Source: an uncultured Gammaproteobacteria bacterium
GTDB taxonomy: Bacteria; Pseudomonadota; Gammaproteobacteria; Xanthomonadales; Xanthomonadaceae
Length of the DNA: 64,000 nt
Assembly (NCBI GenBank): GCA_963722915.1
Contig: CAVROR010000012.1
Span: forward strand, 2,182 to 66,181
Direction: 5' to 3'
Below the pieces are notes generated by a model. That model made no database searches and was not told where the DNA came from. It saw only the letters and a program-made list of their open reading frames with translations. Position 1 is the stretch's first letter; each line of letters opens with the position of its first letter. Made by a program: the position numbers and the translations under genes. Shown here in pieces: positions 23,599 to 33,770 of the stretch.

Positions 23599-24339
23599 AT
23601 GAACCACATCCACACGATCGGACAGCTGCGCAGCTTGCGCTTGGCCGGCATGGCCCAGGCATTTGAGCAGCAGATAGGCGACAGCGCTTTCGCGAGTTTG
23701 GCGTTCGAACAGCGCGTTCAGATGATGGTGGAAGCAGAGGCATCGCAGCGCGATACGCAGCGTTATCTGCGTCTGCTTAAGACGGCGAAGCTCAAGGTCG
23801 TTGCCGCACCTGAGGACATAGACTATAGGCCGGGACGCGGACTGGACAAAACCGTGATAGCCGACCTGCTGACATGCACGTGGATCAATGCACATCGCAA
23901 CGTGCTGATCACTGGCGCTACCGGCACCGGAAAAACATGGCTTGGTTGTGCGCTAGGCGTACAGGCAGCTCGTCATGGCATTTCTGTCGCATATCGGCGA
24001 ACAGCAAGAATGTTGGAAGAGATGGCGATCGGGCATGAAGATGGAACGATCTCACGTCAGCGCAACCAACTTGAGAAAGCACATCTGCTCATTCTCGACG
24101 ATTTCGGTCTGACCGCGTTGTCGAATCGCGGCCGATCCGACCTCCTTGAAGTGCTGGATGATCGAGTCGGAAGCGGCGCCACGCTCATCATTGGCCAGAT
24201 GCCCGTAAAGGAATGGCATGGATACATCAATGATCCAGCGCTCGCCGACGCCATTCTCGATCGACTCGTCCACAGCAGCGTCAAACTTGACTTGAAGGGC
24301 GACTCGATGCGGCGAGCCCGTAGCCGGGGTGGTCAATAG
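23599..24339 (+). CDS. istB: IS21-family helper ATPase IstB
   Basis: Walker A ITGATGTGKTWL and Walker B LLILDDFG. 246 aa, starts 12 nt after the istA stop. Confidence 0.9.
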   Translation: MNHIHTIGQLRSLRLAGMAQAFEQQIGDSAFASLAFEQRVQMMVEAEASQRDTQRYLRLLKTAKLKVVAAPEDIDYRPGRGLDKTVIADLLTCTWINAHRNVLITGATGTGKTWLGCALGVQAARHGISVAYRRTARMLEEMAIGHEDGTISRQRNQLEKAHLLILDDFGLTALSNRGRSDLLEVLDDRVGSGATLIIGQMPVKEWHGYINDPALADAILDRLVHSSVKLDLKGDSMRRARSRGGQ

Positions 24340-24500
24340 TTTGCCGGAGCTGGGCAGAGAACTGCCGGAACTGGGCAGCGAATTGCCTGAAGTGGGCACG
24401 CTGCTGCCGAAGCTGGTCAGCGTGTCCGCCGGTTGTGGTCAGTCTTGCTGGCGAACGTGGTCAGTGCGAATGGCGGAGGTGGGCAATGGGCTGGCGGTTC
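24330..24500 (+). repeat. right-end terminal repeat array, 8 tandem units with 21-23-bp period
   Basis: Cores TGGTCA/TGGGCA at 24330, 24351, 24372, 24393, 24414, 24437, 24459 and 24481. Unit approximately GCCGGAnnTGGkCAGnnnnnn. The array starts inside the last codons of istB and ends at the insertion junction. Confidence 0.85.
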
Positions 24501-24998
24501 GCACGACGTACGCGCCGCTGATGCCATGGTCGACCGTGATGTCGACGCACTCGTGGGTAAAGTCATCGGCGACCGTCAGACACTTCAGGCGGCGTCCATT
24601 GGCCAGCGCGTCGCTGACGAAGTCCATGCTCCACACCGCGTTGGGTGCTGTTGCCGACGACAGCGGCTGGCGTTCGCTCGGTGGCCTGCGGATCTTCTTG
24701 CGACGGCGAACGGCCAAGTTCGCCTCGCGATACAGGCGGTAGACCTTCTTGTGGTTCACAGCCGGGTACTCCGGACGCAGCAGGTCGTGCAGGCGGCGAT
24801 AGCCGAACCTGCGGCGCACCTGCGCCAGCTCGATGATCCGCGCCGACAGCGCCTGCGTCGCAGGCGCCTGTTCGGGCGGGTGGCGGAAGGCATCGCGGGA
24901 GAGCCCCGCAAGGCGGCAGGCCCGTCGTTCGCTCACTGCCGTGGCATCGAGCATGCGGCGGACCGCCTCGCGCTTGCGTTGCGGGGCTAGCGTTTTAC
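24501..24998 (-). pseudogene. IS3-family transposase OrfB, N-terminal fragment
   Basis: ...LAPQRKREAVRRMLDATAVSERRACRLAGLSRDAF...WSMDFVSDALANGRRLKCLTVADDFTHECVDITVDHGISGAYVVR, then the junction. Overlaps the orfA end in the -1 frame around GTAAAAC (24992-24998), the likely programmed frameshift site. Confidence 0.85.
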
Positions 24999-25253
24999 CC
25001 CGAAGCCGACCTTCAACGCCTCGATGTCCAGGTGCGCTTCGGCCAGCAGCCGCTTCAGCCGATTGTTCTCCGACTCCAGCTCCTTCAGGCGCTTGGCGTC
25101 CTCCGCCTCCATGCCGCCGTACTTGGCCCGCCAGGCGTAGAAGCTGGCCGGGCTGAAGCCGTGCTGCCGGCCCAGCTCCGATACCGCCATGCCGGCCTCG
25201 GCCTGCTTGATGAAGCCAATGATCTGTTCCGTGGTGAAGCGACTCTTACGCAT
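24987..25253 (-). CDS. IS3-family transposase OrfA (HTH)
   Basis: MRKSRFTTEQIIGFIKQAEAGMAVSELGRQHGFSPASFYAWRAKYGGMEAEDAKRLKELESENNRLKRLLAEAHLD, 88 aa. Confidence 0.9.
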   Translation of the reverse strand: MRKSRFTTEQIIGFIKQAEAGMAVSELGRQHGFSPASFYAWRAKYGGMEAEDAKRLKELESENNRLKRLLAEAHLDIEALKVGFGVKR

Positions 25254-25341
25254 GTCCGTCCTCTCTGGGTGACGGACTCTACCTAGCTTCGGCTGGTACG
25301 GCTCAGTGGGGGCAGGTCAGGACAACAACGGTCAGCCTTTA

Positions 25342-25376
25342 CCCGATTCCCGATTCCCGAATCCCGAATCCCGAAA
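25342..25376. repeat. heptanucleotide tandem array (CCCGATT/CCCGAAT)5
   Basis: cccgatt cccgatt cccgaat cccgaat cccgaaa. Lies 2 nt from the putA stop and 19 nt from the IS407-like end. Confidence 0.9.
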
Positions 25377-25378
25377 CG

Positions 25379-28300
25379 TCACTCCCCCAGCGTCAGCAGC
25401 GAGGCATTGCCGCCCGACGCGGTCGTGTTGATCGTGATCACCTTCTCGGTGGTGAAGCGCGGCAGGTAGTGCGGGCCGCCGGCCTTGGGACCGGTGCCCG
25501 ACAGGCCCTGGCCGCCGAACGGTTGCACGCCGACCACCGCGCCGATCTGGTTGCGGTTGACGTAGCAGTTGCCCACCCGCGCGCGCGTGGCGATGTAGTC
25601 CACCGTGCGGTCGATGCGCGAGTGCACGCCCAGCGTCAGGCCGTAGCCGGTGGCGTTGATCTGCGCCAGCACGCCGTCCAGGTCGTCGCCCTTCCAGCGC
25701 AGCACGTGCAGCACCGGCCCGAAGATCTCCTCGTGCAGCTGGTCCAGCGAGCGCAGCGCATACGCACGCGGGGCGAAGAAGCTGCCGTGCGCGGTGGCCT
25801 CGCCGATCGGCGCCTGGGCGATCAGCCGCGCCTCGCGCTCCATGCGCGCGGCGTGCTCGCGCAGCATCGTCATGGCGTCCTCGTCGATCACCGGGCCGAC
25901 GTCGGTCGACAGCAGGCCCGGGTCGCCCACGCGCAGTTCGGCCATCGCGCCGGCGAGCATCTGCTCGACCTTGTCGGCGATGTCCTCCTGCACGAACAGG
26001 ACGCGCGCGGCCGAGCAGCGCTGGCCGGCGGAGGTGAAGGCCGAGGCCATCACGTCCTTGACCAGCTGTTCGGGCAGGCACGAGGAATCGGCGATCAGCG
26101 CGTTCTGGCCGCCGGTCTCGGCGATCAGCACGGCGATGGCGGCATCGCGCGCGGCCAGCGCGCGGTTGATGGCGCGTGCGGTGCTGGTGGAGCCGGTGAA
26201 CGCCACGCCGGCCACGCGCGGGTCCTGGGTCAACGCGGCGCCGACGGTGGCACCGTCGCCCGGCACGAACTGCAGCACCGCCTCCGGCACGCCGGCCTCG
26301 TGCAGCAGCTGCGTGGCAACGAACCCGACCAGGCTGGTCTGCTCGGCCGGCTTGGCGATCACCGTGTTGCCGGCGGCCAGTGCCGCGGCCACCTGGCCGG
26401 TGAAGATCGCCAGCGGGAAGTTCCACGGGCTGATGCACACGAACACGCCGCGCCCGGACAGGTGCAGGGTGTTGGACTCGCCGGTGGGACCGGGCAGCAC
26501 GTCCGGCGCGAACAGTTCGCGCGCCTGCGCGGCGTAGTAGCGCAGGAAATCGACCGCCTCGCGCACCTCGGCGACCCCATCCGGGATGCTCTTGCCGGCC
26601 TCCTTGGTGCACATCGCGATGAACAGCGGCATGCGCGCTTCCATCAGGTTGGCGGCGTGCTCCAGGATCGCGGCGCGGCTGGCGGCCGGGGTCGCGTTCC
26701 AGTCCTCGTGCGCGGCCACGGCGTTGGCCAGTGCGCGCTCGACGGTGGCGCTGTCGGCCGGCGTCCAGTGGCCGGCGACCTCGCGGCGGTCGGCGGGGTT
26801 GGTCGAGGCGATCGGCTCACCGGTGGAGGTCGCGCCCGGCACCAGCGGCGTGGCGGTCCAGCGCTGCGCGGCAGCGGCGTTGACCTGCCCGGCCAGCGTG
26901 CGCAGTTGATCGTCGTTGGCGAGGTTCACGCCCATGGAATTGTTCCTCTGGATGCCGAAGCTGCGGTACAGGTCGACCGGCAGCGGAATGCGGGGATGCG
27001 GGATCTGTTCGAACGCGGCCACGGTCTCGACCGGGTCGCGCACCAGGTCCTGGATGGCGACGGCCTCGTCGGTGATGCGGTTGACGAAGCTGGAGTTGGC
27101 ACCGTTTTCCAGCAGGCGCCGCACCAGGTACGGCAGCAGGTCCTCGTGGCTGCCGACGGGTGCGTACACGCGGCACGGCACGTCCAGGCGGTCGGCCGGG
27201 ATGACTTCCGCGTACAGGTCGTCGCCCATGCCGTGCAGCTTCTGGAACTCGAAGCGGCCGGCGCGGCCCAGCATCGCCGCGCGGCGGTGGATGGCGGCGA
27301 TGGTGTGCGCGTTGTGGGTGGCGAACATCGGGTAGATGGCGTCGCCGGCTTCCAGCATGCGCCGCGCGCACGCCAGGTACGACACGTCGGTGTTGGGCTT
27401 GCGGGTAAACACCGGGTAGCCCGCCTGGCCGTCGACCTGGGCGCGCTTGACCTCGCTGTCCCAGTACGCGCCCTTGACCAGCCGCACCGGGATGCGGCGG
27501 CCATGGCGGCGGGCCAGGTCGGCGATGAAGCGATCACTTCCGGCGCGCGCTTCTGGTAGGCCTGCACGGCCAGGCCGTAGCCCTCCCAGCCGTCGAGCGA
27601 CGCATCGGCGTAGGCCGCGGCGATCACGTCCAGCGACAGCTCCAGCCGGTCGGCCTCCTCGGCGTCCACCGTGAAGCCGATGCCGTGGTTGCGCGCCAGT
27701 TGCGCCAGTTCCAGCACGCGCGGGGTGAGTTCGGCCAGCACGCGCTCGCGCTGGGCGTGCTCGTAGCGCGGGTGCAGCGCCGACAGCTTCACCGAGATGC
27801 TGGGCACGCCGAACACCTCGGCGCCGGCATAGGCGCCACTGCGTCCGATCGCCTCGATCGCATCGCGGTAGGCCTGCAGGTAACGCGCCGCATCGCCCGC
27901 GGTCAGCGCCGCCTCGCCCAGCATGTCGAAGGAATAGCGGTAGGCGGCGTTGGCGCCCTTCTTGGAACGCGCCAACGCTTCGCCGATGGTGCGCCCCATG
28001 ACGAACTGGTGGCCCATGATCCGCATCGCCTGGCGCACGGCCAGCCGGATCACCGGCTCGCCGACGCGGCCGACCAGGCGCTTGAAGGCGTTATGGACGT
28101 CGCGCCGGGTCTCGTCGGCCAGGTCGACCAGGTGGCCGGTCAGCATCAGGCCCCAGGTGGAGGCGTTGACCAGCACCGAGTCGGACCGGCCCATGTGGCG
28201 TTTCCAGTCGGCCTCGCCGAGCTTGTCGCGGATCAGCTTGTCGGCGGTGTCTTCATCGGGGATGCGCAGCAGCGCCTCGGCCACGCACATCAGCAGCACG

Positions 28301-28584
28301 CCTTCCTCGCTGCCCAGGTCGTACTGGCGCATGAAGGCCTCGATCGCGCCCTGCTGGCGCGCACGGGCGCGGACGCGCGCGACCAGGTCGGTCGCGGTGG
28401 CCTGCACCGCGGCGCGGTCGGCGTCGGGCAGGCGGGCCTGGTCGAGCAGGCCGCGCACGTGGGCGGCCTCGTCGCGGACCCAGCCGGCGGTGATGGCGGC
28501 GCGTGGGGCGGCGGGCGGGGCAGGCAGTTCGGGCGCGACCAGCGCGCGCGAGCCGCCGTCGACGGCAGGAGGAGGTATGTGCAT
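25379..28584 (-). CDS. putA: bifunctional proline dehydrogenase / P5C dehydrogenase PutA (one frameshift near 27532 in this sequence)
   Basis: N-terminal part in ORF 26926..28974 from MHIPPPAVDG to QAYQKRAPEVI. C-terminal part in ORF 25379..27487 (RLVKGAYWDSE, KLHGMGD, FVCISPWNFPLAIF, ETGGQNA). Span 3206 nt, one base short of a multiple of 3. Confidence 0.9.
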
Positions 28585-29008
28585 GGCGGAGGGCAGTCGC
28601 GCGGGCGCGCGGGGTAGCCGCATAGTGTAGGGCGCGCCGGCCCCGCCGCCCATGCCGGAACGGCCCGACGCCGGCGTACGTTCCCGGCACCGGCTGCTGC
28701 TGTGCCGAACCTGCCCGTCCGGCCCGCACGCCGCCATCCCGGCCCGGCATGGCGGGGTCCGGGCCGCATCCGGGCAGGCTTCCCCGACGTAGCTCAACTT
28801 GCCGCGGCCCCGCCCGGCGGCTACCATTTCGCGGATATCCGTAGCGCCGGTAACGGCGTGATGGGCCCCGCGCGACGCGATGGGCTCGCCAGCCACCTGT
28901 CTCCCGGACTTCTCCGGACGGCCTCCCGCGCAGCGTTGCGCGTGCCGGGCCGTGACAGGCAGCCCGCGGAGCACTCACCACCATCTTTGTTTTCTGGGGC
29001 TCGAAGTG

Positions 29009-30001
29009 ATGAAAGCCGGTCGTTCCAAGCAGTGGGCAGCAGGCATCGCCGCGCTGGCGGCACCCGTCCTGGCATTCGCGCAGGCCGCCGACCCGCAGCC
29101 GTGGCAGCTCAACATGGGCCGCGGCGTGACCCACCTGTCGCGCAACGCCTACGAGGCGCACATGCTGGCGCTGTGGATCTGCGTGGCGATCGGCCTGCTG
29201 GTGTTCGGCGCGATGGCCGTTGCGATGTTCAAGTTCCGCAAGTCCAAGGGCGCCGTGCCCGACCGCGACTTCACCCACAGCACCAAGCTCGAGATCCTGT
29301 GGACGGTGATCCCGGTGGCGCTGCTGGTGCTGATGGCCTTCCCGGCCACCAGCAAGCTGATCAACATGTACGACACCCGCAACGCCGAGATGACCGTCAA
29401 GGTCACCGGCTACCAGTGGATGTGGACGTACGAGTACCTGGGCGAGGGCGTGCAGCTCACCAGCCGCCTGGACCGCAAGAGCGACGAGATCCGCCAGAGC
29501 GGCGCCCGGCCCACCGCCGCGGACCACCAGCACTACCTGCTGGACGTGGACAACGAGCTGGTGCTGCCCACCGACACCAAGATCCGCTTCGTCATCACCG
29601 CCGACGACGTGATCCACGCCTGGTGGGTGCCGGCGCTGGGCTGGAAGCAGGACGCCATCCCGGGCCTGGTCAACGAGGCCTGGACCCAGATCGACGAGCC
29701 GGGCATCTACCGCGGCCAGTGCGCCGAGCTGTGCGGCAAGGACCACGGCTTCATGCCGATCGTCGTGCGCGCCGTGCCGCGTGCCGAGTACGACCAGTGG
29801 CTGGCGCAGCGCAAGGCCGAAGCCGCGCCGCCGGCCGATCCGACTGCCGAACCGCCGGCCGGTGCCGGCCTGGCGCCGCGCAGCGTCGACCCGGAAATGG
29901 TCGAGGACGTGCAGCAGGGCGACGAGGCCGCGCTGCCGGTCGACGCCGACCTGCCCCCGGCCAGCACCGCCCCCGCCGCCGACGCCCCCGCGGCCGGCTG
30001 A
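29009..30001 (+). CDS. coxB: cytochrome c oxidase subunit II
   Basis: CuA motif HAWWVPALG...CAELCGKDHGFMP. ATG 29009 (MKAGRSKQWAAGIAALAAPVLAFA). Ala/Pro-rich C-terminal tail. Confidence 0.9.
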   Translation: MKAGRSKQWAAGIAALAAPVLAFAQAADPQPWQLNMGRGVTHLSRNAYEAHMLALWICVAIGLLVFGAMAVAMFKFRKSKGAVPDRDFTHSTKLEILWTVIPVALLVLMAFPATSKLINMYDTRNAEMTVKVTGYQWMWTYEYLGEGVQLTSRLDRKSDEIRQSGARPTAADHQHYLLDVDNELVLPTDTKIRFVITADDVIHAWWVPALGWKQDAIPGLVNEAWTQIDEPGIYRGQCAELCGKDHGFMPIVVRAVPRAEYDQWLAQRKAEAAPPADPTAEPPAGAGLAPRSVDPEMVEDVQQGDEAALPVDADLPPASTAPAADAPAAG

Positions 30002-30030
30002 TCCAGACAGTATTTCCCTAGAGGTAGGCC

Positions 30031-31662
30031 ATGGCTGCCACGCACCCCGTTGCTGATCACCCCCACGACGCCCACACCGACGAGCACGGCCACAGGCAGG
30101 GCTTCGTCGAGCGTTGGTTCTTCTCGACCAACCACAAGGACATCGGCACGCTGTACCTGCTGTTCTCGTTCGTGATGTTCATCATCGGCGCGGCGATGAG
30201 CGTGGTGATCCGCACCGAACTGGCGGTCCCGGGCCTGCAGCACGTCAGCCCCGAGTTCTTCAACCAGATGACCACCATGCACGCGCTGGTGATGATCTTC
30301 GGTGGCGTGATGCCGGCCTTCGTCGGCCTGGCCAACTGGATGATCCCGCTGCAGATCGGCGCGCCGGACATGGCGCTGCCGCGCATGAACAACTGGTCGT
30401 TCTGGATCCTGCCGTTCGCCTTCAGCCTGCTGCTGGTGACGCTGTTCCTGCCCGGCGGCGGCCCCGCCGGCGGCTGGACGCTCTACCCGCCGCTGAGCCT
30501 GCAGGGCGGCAGCAACGTCGCCTTCGTGATCTTCGCCATCCACATGATGGGCATCAGCTCGATCATGGGCGCGATCAACGTCATCGCCACCATCCTCAAC
30601 ATGCGCGCCCCGGGCGTGGACCTGCTGAAGATGCCGATCTTCTGCTGGACGTGGCTGATCACCGCGTTCCTGCTGATCGCGGTGATGCCGGTGCTGGCCG
30701 GCGCGGTCACCATGCTGCTGACCGACAAGTTCTTCGCCACCAGCTTCTTCAACGCGGCCGGCGGCGGCGACCCGGTGATGTTCCAGCACATCTTCTGGTT
30801 CTTCGGGCATCCGGAGGTCTACATCATGATCCTGCCGGCGTTCGGCATCGTGTCGGAGATCATCCCGACCTTCAGCCGCAAGCCGCTGTTCGGCTACCAG
30901 GCCATGGTGTACGCCACCGCGTCGATCGCGTTCCTGTCGTTCATCGTCTGGGCGCACCACATGTTCACCGTGGGCATGCCGCTGGGCGGCGAGATCTACT
31001 TCATGTTCGCGACCATGCTGATCGCGGTGCCGACCGGCGTGAAGGTGTTCAACTGGGTCACCACGATGTGGCGCGGGTCGATCACGTTCGAGTCGCCGAT
31101 GCTGTGGTCGATCGCCTTCGTGATCCTGTTCACCATCGGCGGTTTTTCCGGCCTGATGCTGGCGATCGTGCCGGCGGACTTCCAGTACCACGACACCTAT
31201 TTCGTGGTGGCGCACTTCCACTACGTGCTGGTGACCGGTGCGCTGTTCGCGATCATCGCGGCGGTCTACTACTGGTGGCCGAAGTGGACCGGGCGCATGT
31301 ACAACGAGACCTGGGCCAAGGTGCACTTCTGGTGGACGATGGTGTTCGTCAACCTGCTGTTCTTCCCGCAGCACTTCCTGGGCCTGGCCGGCATGCCGCG
31401 CCGCATCCCCGACTACAACGTGGTGTTCGCGGACTGGAACCTGATCAGTTCGATCGGCGCGTTCGGCATGTTCGTCACGCCGTTCATGATGTTCGCCATC
31501 CTGCTGCACTCCAAGAAGCACGGCGCCCTGGCCGCCGCGCGTCCGTGGGAAGCCGCCAAGGGCCTGGAGTGGACCGTGCCGAGCCCGGCGCCGCACCACA
31601 CCTTCGCCACCCCGCCGGTCATCCGCGACGGCGACCTGGCGCACGGCGACATCACGCACTGA
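30031..31662 (+). CDS. coxA: cytochrome c oxidase subunit I
   Basis: 543 aa, with WFFGHPEVYIMILPAFG and HHMFTVGM motifs. Confidence 0.95.
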   Translation: MAATHPVADHPHDAHTDEHGHRQGFVERWFFSTNHKDIGTLYLLFSFVMFIIGAAMSVVIRTELAVPGLQHVSPEFFNQMTTMHALVMIFGGVMPAFVGLANWMIPLQIGAPDMALPRMNNWSFWILPFAFSLLLVTLFLPGGGPAGGWTLYPPLSLQGGSNVAFVIFAIHMMGISSIMGAINVIATILNMRAPGVDLLKMPIFCWTWLITAFLLIAVMPVLAGAVTMLLTDKFFATSFFNAAGGGDPVMFQHIFWFFGHPEVYIMILPAFGIVSEIIPTFSRKPLFGYQAMVYATASIAFLSFIVWAHHMFTVGMPLGGEIYFMFATMLIAVPTGVKVFNWVTTMWRGSITFESPMLWSIAFVILFTIGGFSGLMLAIVPADFQYHDTYFVVAHFHYVLVTGALFAIIAAVYYWWPKWTGRMYNETWAKVHFWWTMVFVNLLFFPQHFLGLAGMPRRIPDYNVVFADWNLISSIGAFGMFVTPFMMFAILLHSKKHGALAAARPWEAAKGLEWTVPSPAPHHTFATPPVIRDGDLAHGDITH

Positions 31663-31699
31663 CGATGCGAGGCGCCGCCCCTGCGGCGGCGCCCGTTCC

Positions 31700-31855
31700 A
31701 TGACGACCATGACCGACCTCCACCGCGATCCGCAGCATCAAGACGCCAGCGTCCAGGCCCGCCGTCGCGCGGCCGTGCGCACGGCGCTCTGGCTGGGCGC
31801 GATCGCGTTCGGCATCTTTGTCGCGTTCCTGCTCAGCGGGGTGCTCGGTCAATGA
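31700..31855 (+). CDS. small single-TM protein in the cox cluster (cytochrome oxidase small assembly protein-like), 51 aa
   Basis: Not in the ORF track because it is under 60 aa. Own translation MTTMTDLHRDPQHQDASVQARRRAAVRTALWLGAIAFGIFVAFLLSGVLGQ. Its stop overlaps the ctaG ATG (ATGA). Confidence 0.55.
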   Translation: MTTMTDLHRDPQHQDASVQARRRAAVRTALWLGAIAFGIFVAFLLSGVLGQ

Positions 31856-32472
31856 ACCGTCCGGACCATGACGCCACCACGCCGCCGACGCCGGAGGGCG
31901 CGCGCGCCGCGCCGCGCCCGGCCGCGGGCATCGCCAAGATGGTGCTGGTGGCGATCGGCGCGTTTGCCTTCACCTTCAGCCTGATCCCGGCCTACCGCAT
32001 CGCCTGCGAGAAGATCTTCGGCATCCGCCTGGAGCGCACCGCGTCGGAAGGCGTGCGCGACGCCCGCGCGCCGGCGGCCGAGCGCTGGGTGACGGTGGAG
32101 TTCGACGGCAGCGTCAATTCCAAGCTGCCGTGGGAGTTCACCCCGCACCAGTTCTCCATGCGCGTGCAGCCGGGCCAGCAGTACGAGACCACCTACTACG
32201 CGCGCAACACCAGCGACCGCACGGTGGTGGGCAGTGCGACGCCTTCGGTGGCACCGGCGCGCGCCTCGGGCTACTTCAACAAGACCGAGTGCTTCTGCTT
32301 CACCGCGCAGACCCTGCATGCCGGCGAGCAGCGCGACATGCCGGTGCGCTTCATCATCGACCCCAACCTGCCGGCCGACGTCAAGACGGTCACGCTGTCC
32401 TACACCTTCTTCAAGAACGACGTGCTGACCTCGCGCGCGGCGGCGGCCAATTCGCCGCACGCCGCACCGTGA
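31852..32472 (+). CDS. ctaG: cytochrome c oxidase assembly protein CtaG/Cox11
   Basis: FNKTECFCFTAQTL motif and an N-terminal TM segment. Confidence 0.9.
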   Translation: MNRPDHDATTPPTPEGARAAPRPAAGIAKMVLVAIGAFAFTFSLIPAYRIACEKIFGIRLERTASEGVRDARAPAAERWVTVEFDGSVNSKLPWEFTPHQFSMRVQPGQQYETTYYARNTSDRTVVGSATPSVAPARASGYFNKTECFCFTAQTLHAGEQRDMPVRFIIDPNLPADVKTVTLSYTFFKNDVLTSRAAAANSPHAAP

Positions 32473-32518
32473 CCGCCACGCCACGCTGACCCGCCGCATC
32501 CACACGGAACCCGCCGAC

Positions 32519-33397
32519 ATGGCCCACGCCCATTCGCCCGACGCCAACACCTACTTCGTGCCCCACAGCAGCCGCTGGCCGCTGCTGGGTTCGGTCGCGC
32601 TGTTCGTCCTCATGGTCGGCCTGGCCAGCTGGTTCAACGAGGCCTCCTGGGGCATGTGGATGTTCTTCGTCGGTGCCGCGGCCATGGTCGCGGTGCTGTT
32701 CGGCTGGTTCGGCGACGTGATCCGCGAGTCGATCGCGGGCCACTACAACCGCCAGGTCGACACCTCGTTCCGCATGGGCATGGTGTGGTTCATCTTCTCG
32801 GAGGTGATGTTCTTCGCCGCGTTCTTCGGCGCACTGTTCTACGCCCGCCAGTTCGCGCTGCCGTGGCTGGGCGGCGAGGGTTCGGGCGTGGCCACCAACA
32901 GCGTGCTGTGGGACACCTTCAGCACCGCGTGGCCCAGCAACGGGCCGGGCGCGGTCGGTGGTGAGTTCCAGACGATCCCGGCATGGGGCCTGCCGCTGCT
33001 CAACACCCTGATCCTGCTGACCTCGGGCGTGACCATCACCATCGCCCACCATGCGCTCAAGGCCGGCCACCGCAAGCCGCTGCTGGTGTGGCTGGGCGCG
33101 ACCATCGCGCTGGCGCTGGTCTTCCTGTACGTGCAGGGCTACGAGTACGTGCACGCCTACCGCGACCTCAACCTGACGCTGGGTTCGGGTATCTACGGTT
33201 CGACCTTCTTCATGCTCACCGGCTTCCACGGTCTGCACGTGACGCTGGGCATGATCATGCTGGTGGTGATCTGGTTCCGCTGCCTGAAGGGGCATTTCGA
33301 CCGCGACAACCACTTCGGCTTCGAGGCAGTGGCGTGGTACTGGCACTTCGTGGACGTGGTGTGGCTGGGCCTTTTCATGTTCGTCTACGTGATCTGA
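32519..33397 (+). CDS. coxC: cytochrome c oxidase subunit III
   Basis: 292 aa with FFMLTGFHGLHVTLG and AVAWYWHFVDVVWL. Confidence 0.9.
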   Translation: MAHAHSPDANTYFVPHSSRWPLLGSVALFVLMVGLASWFNEASWGMWMFFVGAAAMVAVLFGWFGDVIRESIAGHYNRQVDTSFRMGMVWFIFSEVMFFAAFFGALFYARQFALPWLGGEGSGVATNSVLWDTFSTAWPSNGPGAVGGEFQTIPAWGLPLLNTLILLTSGVTITIAHHALKAGHRKPLLVWLGATIALALVFLYVQGYEYVHAYRDLNLTLGSGIYGSTFFMLTGFHGLHVTLGMIMLVVIWFRCLKGHFDRDNHFGFEAVAWYWHFVDVVWLGLFMFVYVI

Positions 33398-33420
33398 CGC
33401 CCTGAACCACCGCGCGCGGG

Positions 33421-33443
33421 GGCCGGCAATGCCGGCCTTTCGC
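33421..33443 (+). terminator. possible intrinsic terminator after coxC
   Basis: GGCCGGCaatGCCGGCCtttc hairpin, 24 nt after the stop. The T-tail is weak. Confidence 0.45.
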
Positions 33444-33485
33444 GTCTGAGCGCCCCGCGGTTTCCCGGGCGGCGCCCGTCGCCGG

Positions 33486-33704
33486 TCAGGCGCCCACGCC
33501 GTGCGGGGTGATCCACCCCATCCAGATCGCCAGCATCACCAGCAGGATCAGCCCGACCGACAGCGCGATGCGGCGGGTCAGGGCGTGCACCGTGCGTTTG
33601 CTCTGGCTCTTGTCCACCAGCATGTAGTACAGGCCCGCACCCAGGTTCCAGAGAATCAGGATCAGGAAGGCGATGATCAGCAGCGTTTTCAGCGAGTCGT
33701 TCAT
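33486..33704 (-). CDS. twin-TM small protein (DUF2909-like)
   Basis: MNDSLKTLLIIAFLILILWNLGAGLYYMLVDKSQSKRTVHALTRRIALSVGLILLVMLAIWMGWITPHGVGA, 72 aa. It is the C-terminal part of the long shadow ORF 33486..34874. Confidence 0.7.
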   Translation of the reverse strand: MNDSLKTLLIIAFLILILWNLGAGLYYMLVDKSQSKRTVHALTRRIALSVGLILLVMLAIWMGWITPHGVGA

Positions 33705-33770
33705 GTCGGTGCCTGCGATGCGCCGGTACGGCGCGCCGCGTGGATTATCGCAGCCACGGTGGCCGGGCGC

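Noticed and set aside
24330-24500. Regularly spaced short repeats that could be mistaken for a CRISPR array
   Set aside because: The period is only 21-23 bp with no unique spacers and the units are degenerate. The array is mirrored in inverted orientation at the other end of a transposon and abuts istB, so these are terminal transposase-binding-type repeats.
24329-24742. 137-aa plus ORF with LPELG heptad-like peptide repeats
   Set aside because: The peptide periodicity is just the translation of the 21-bp DNA repeats. The ORF then runs antisense through the IS3 orfB fragment.
28585-29008. 424-bp divergent spacer between putA and coxB, inspected for operators, repeats or a small RNA
   Set aside because: No dyads, tandem repeats or terminator-like structures stood out by eye, so nothing is supportable without transcript data.
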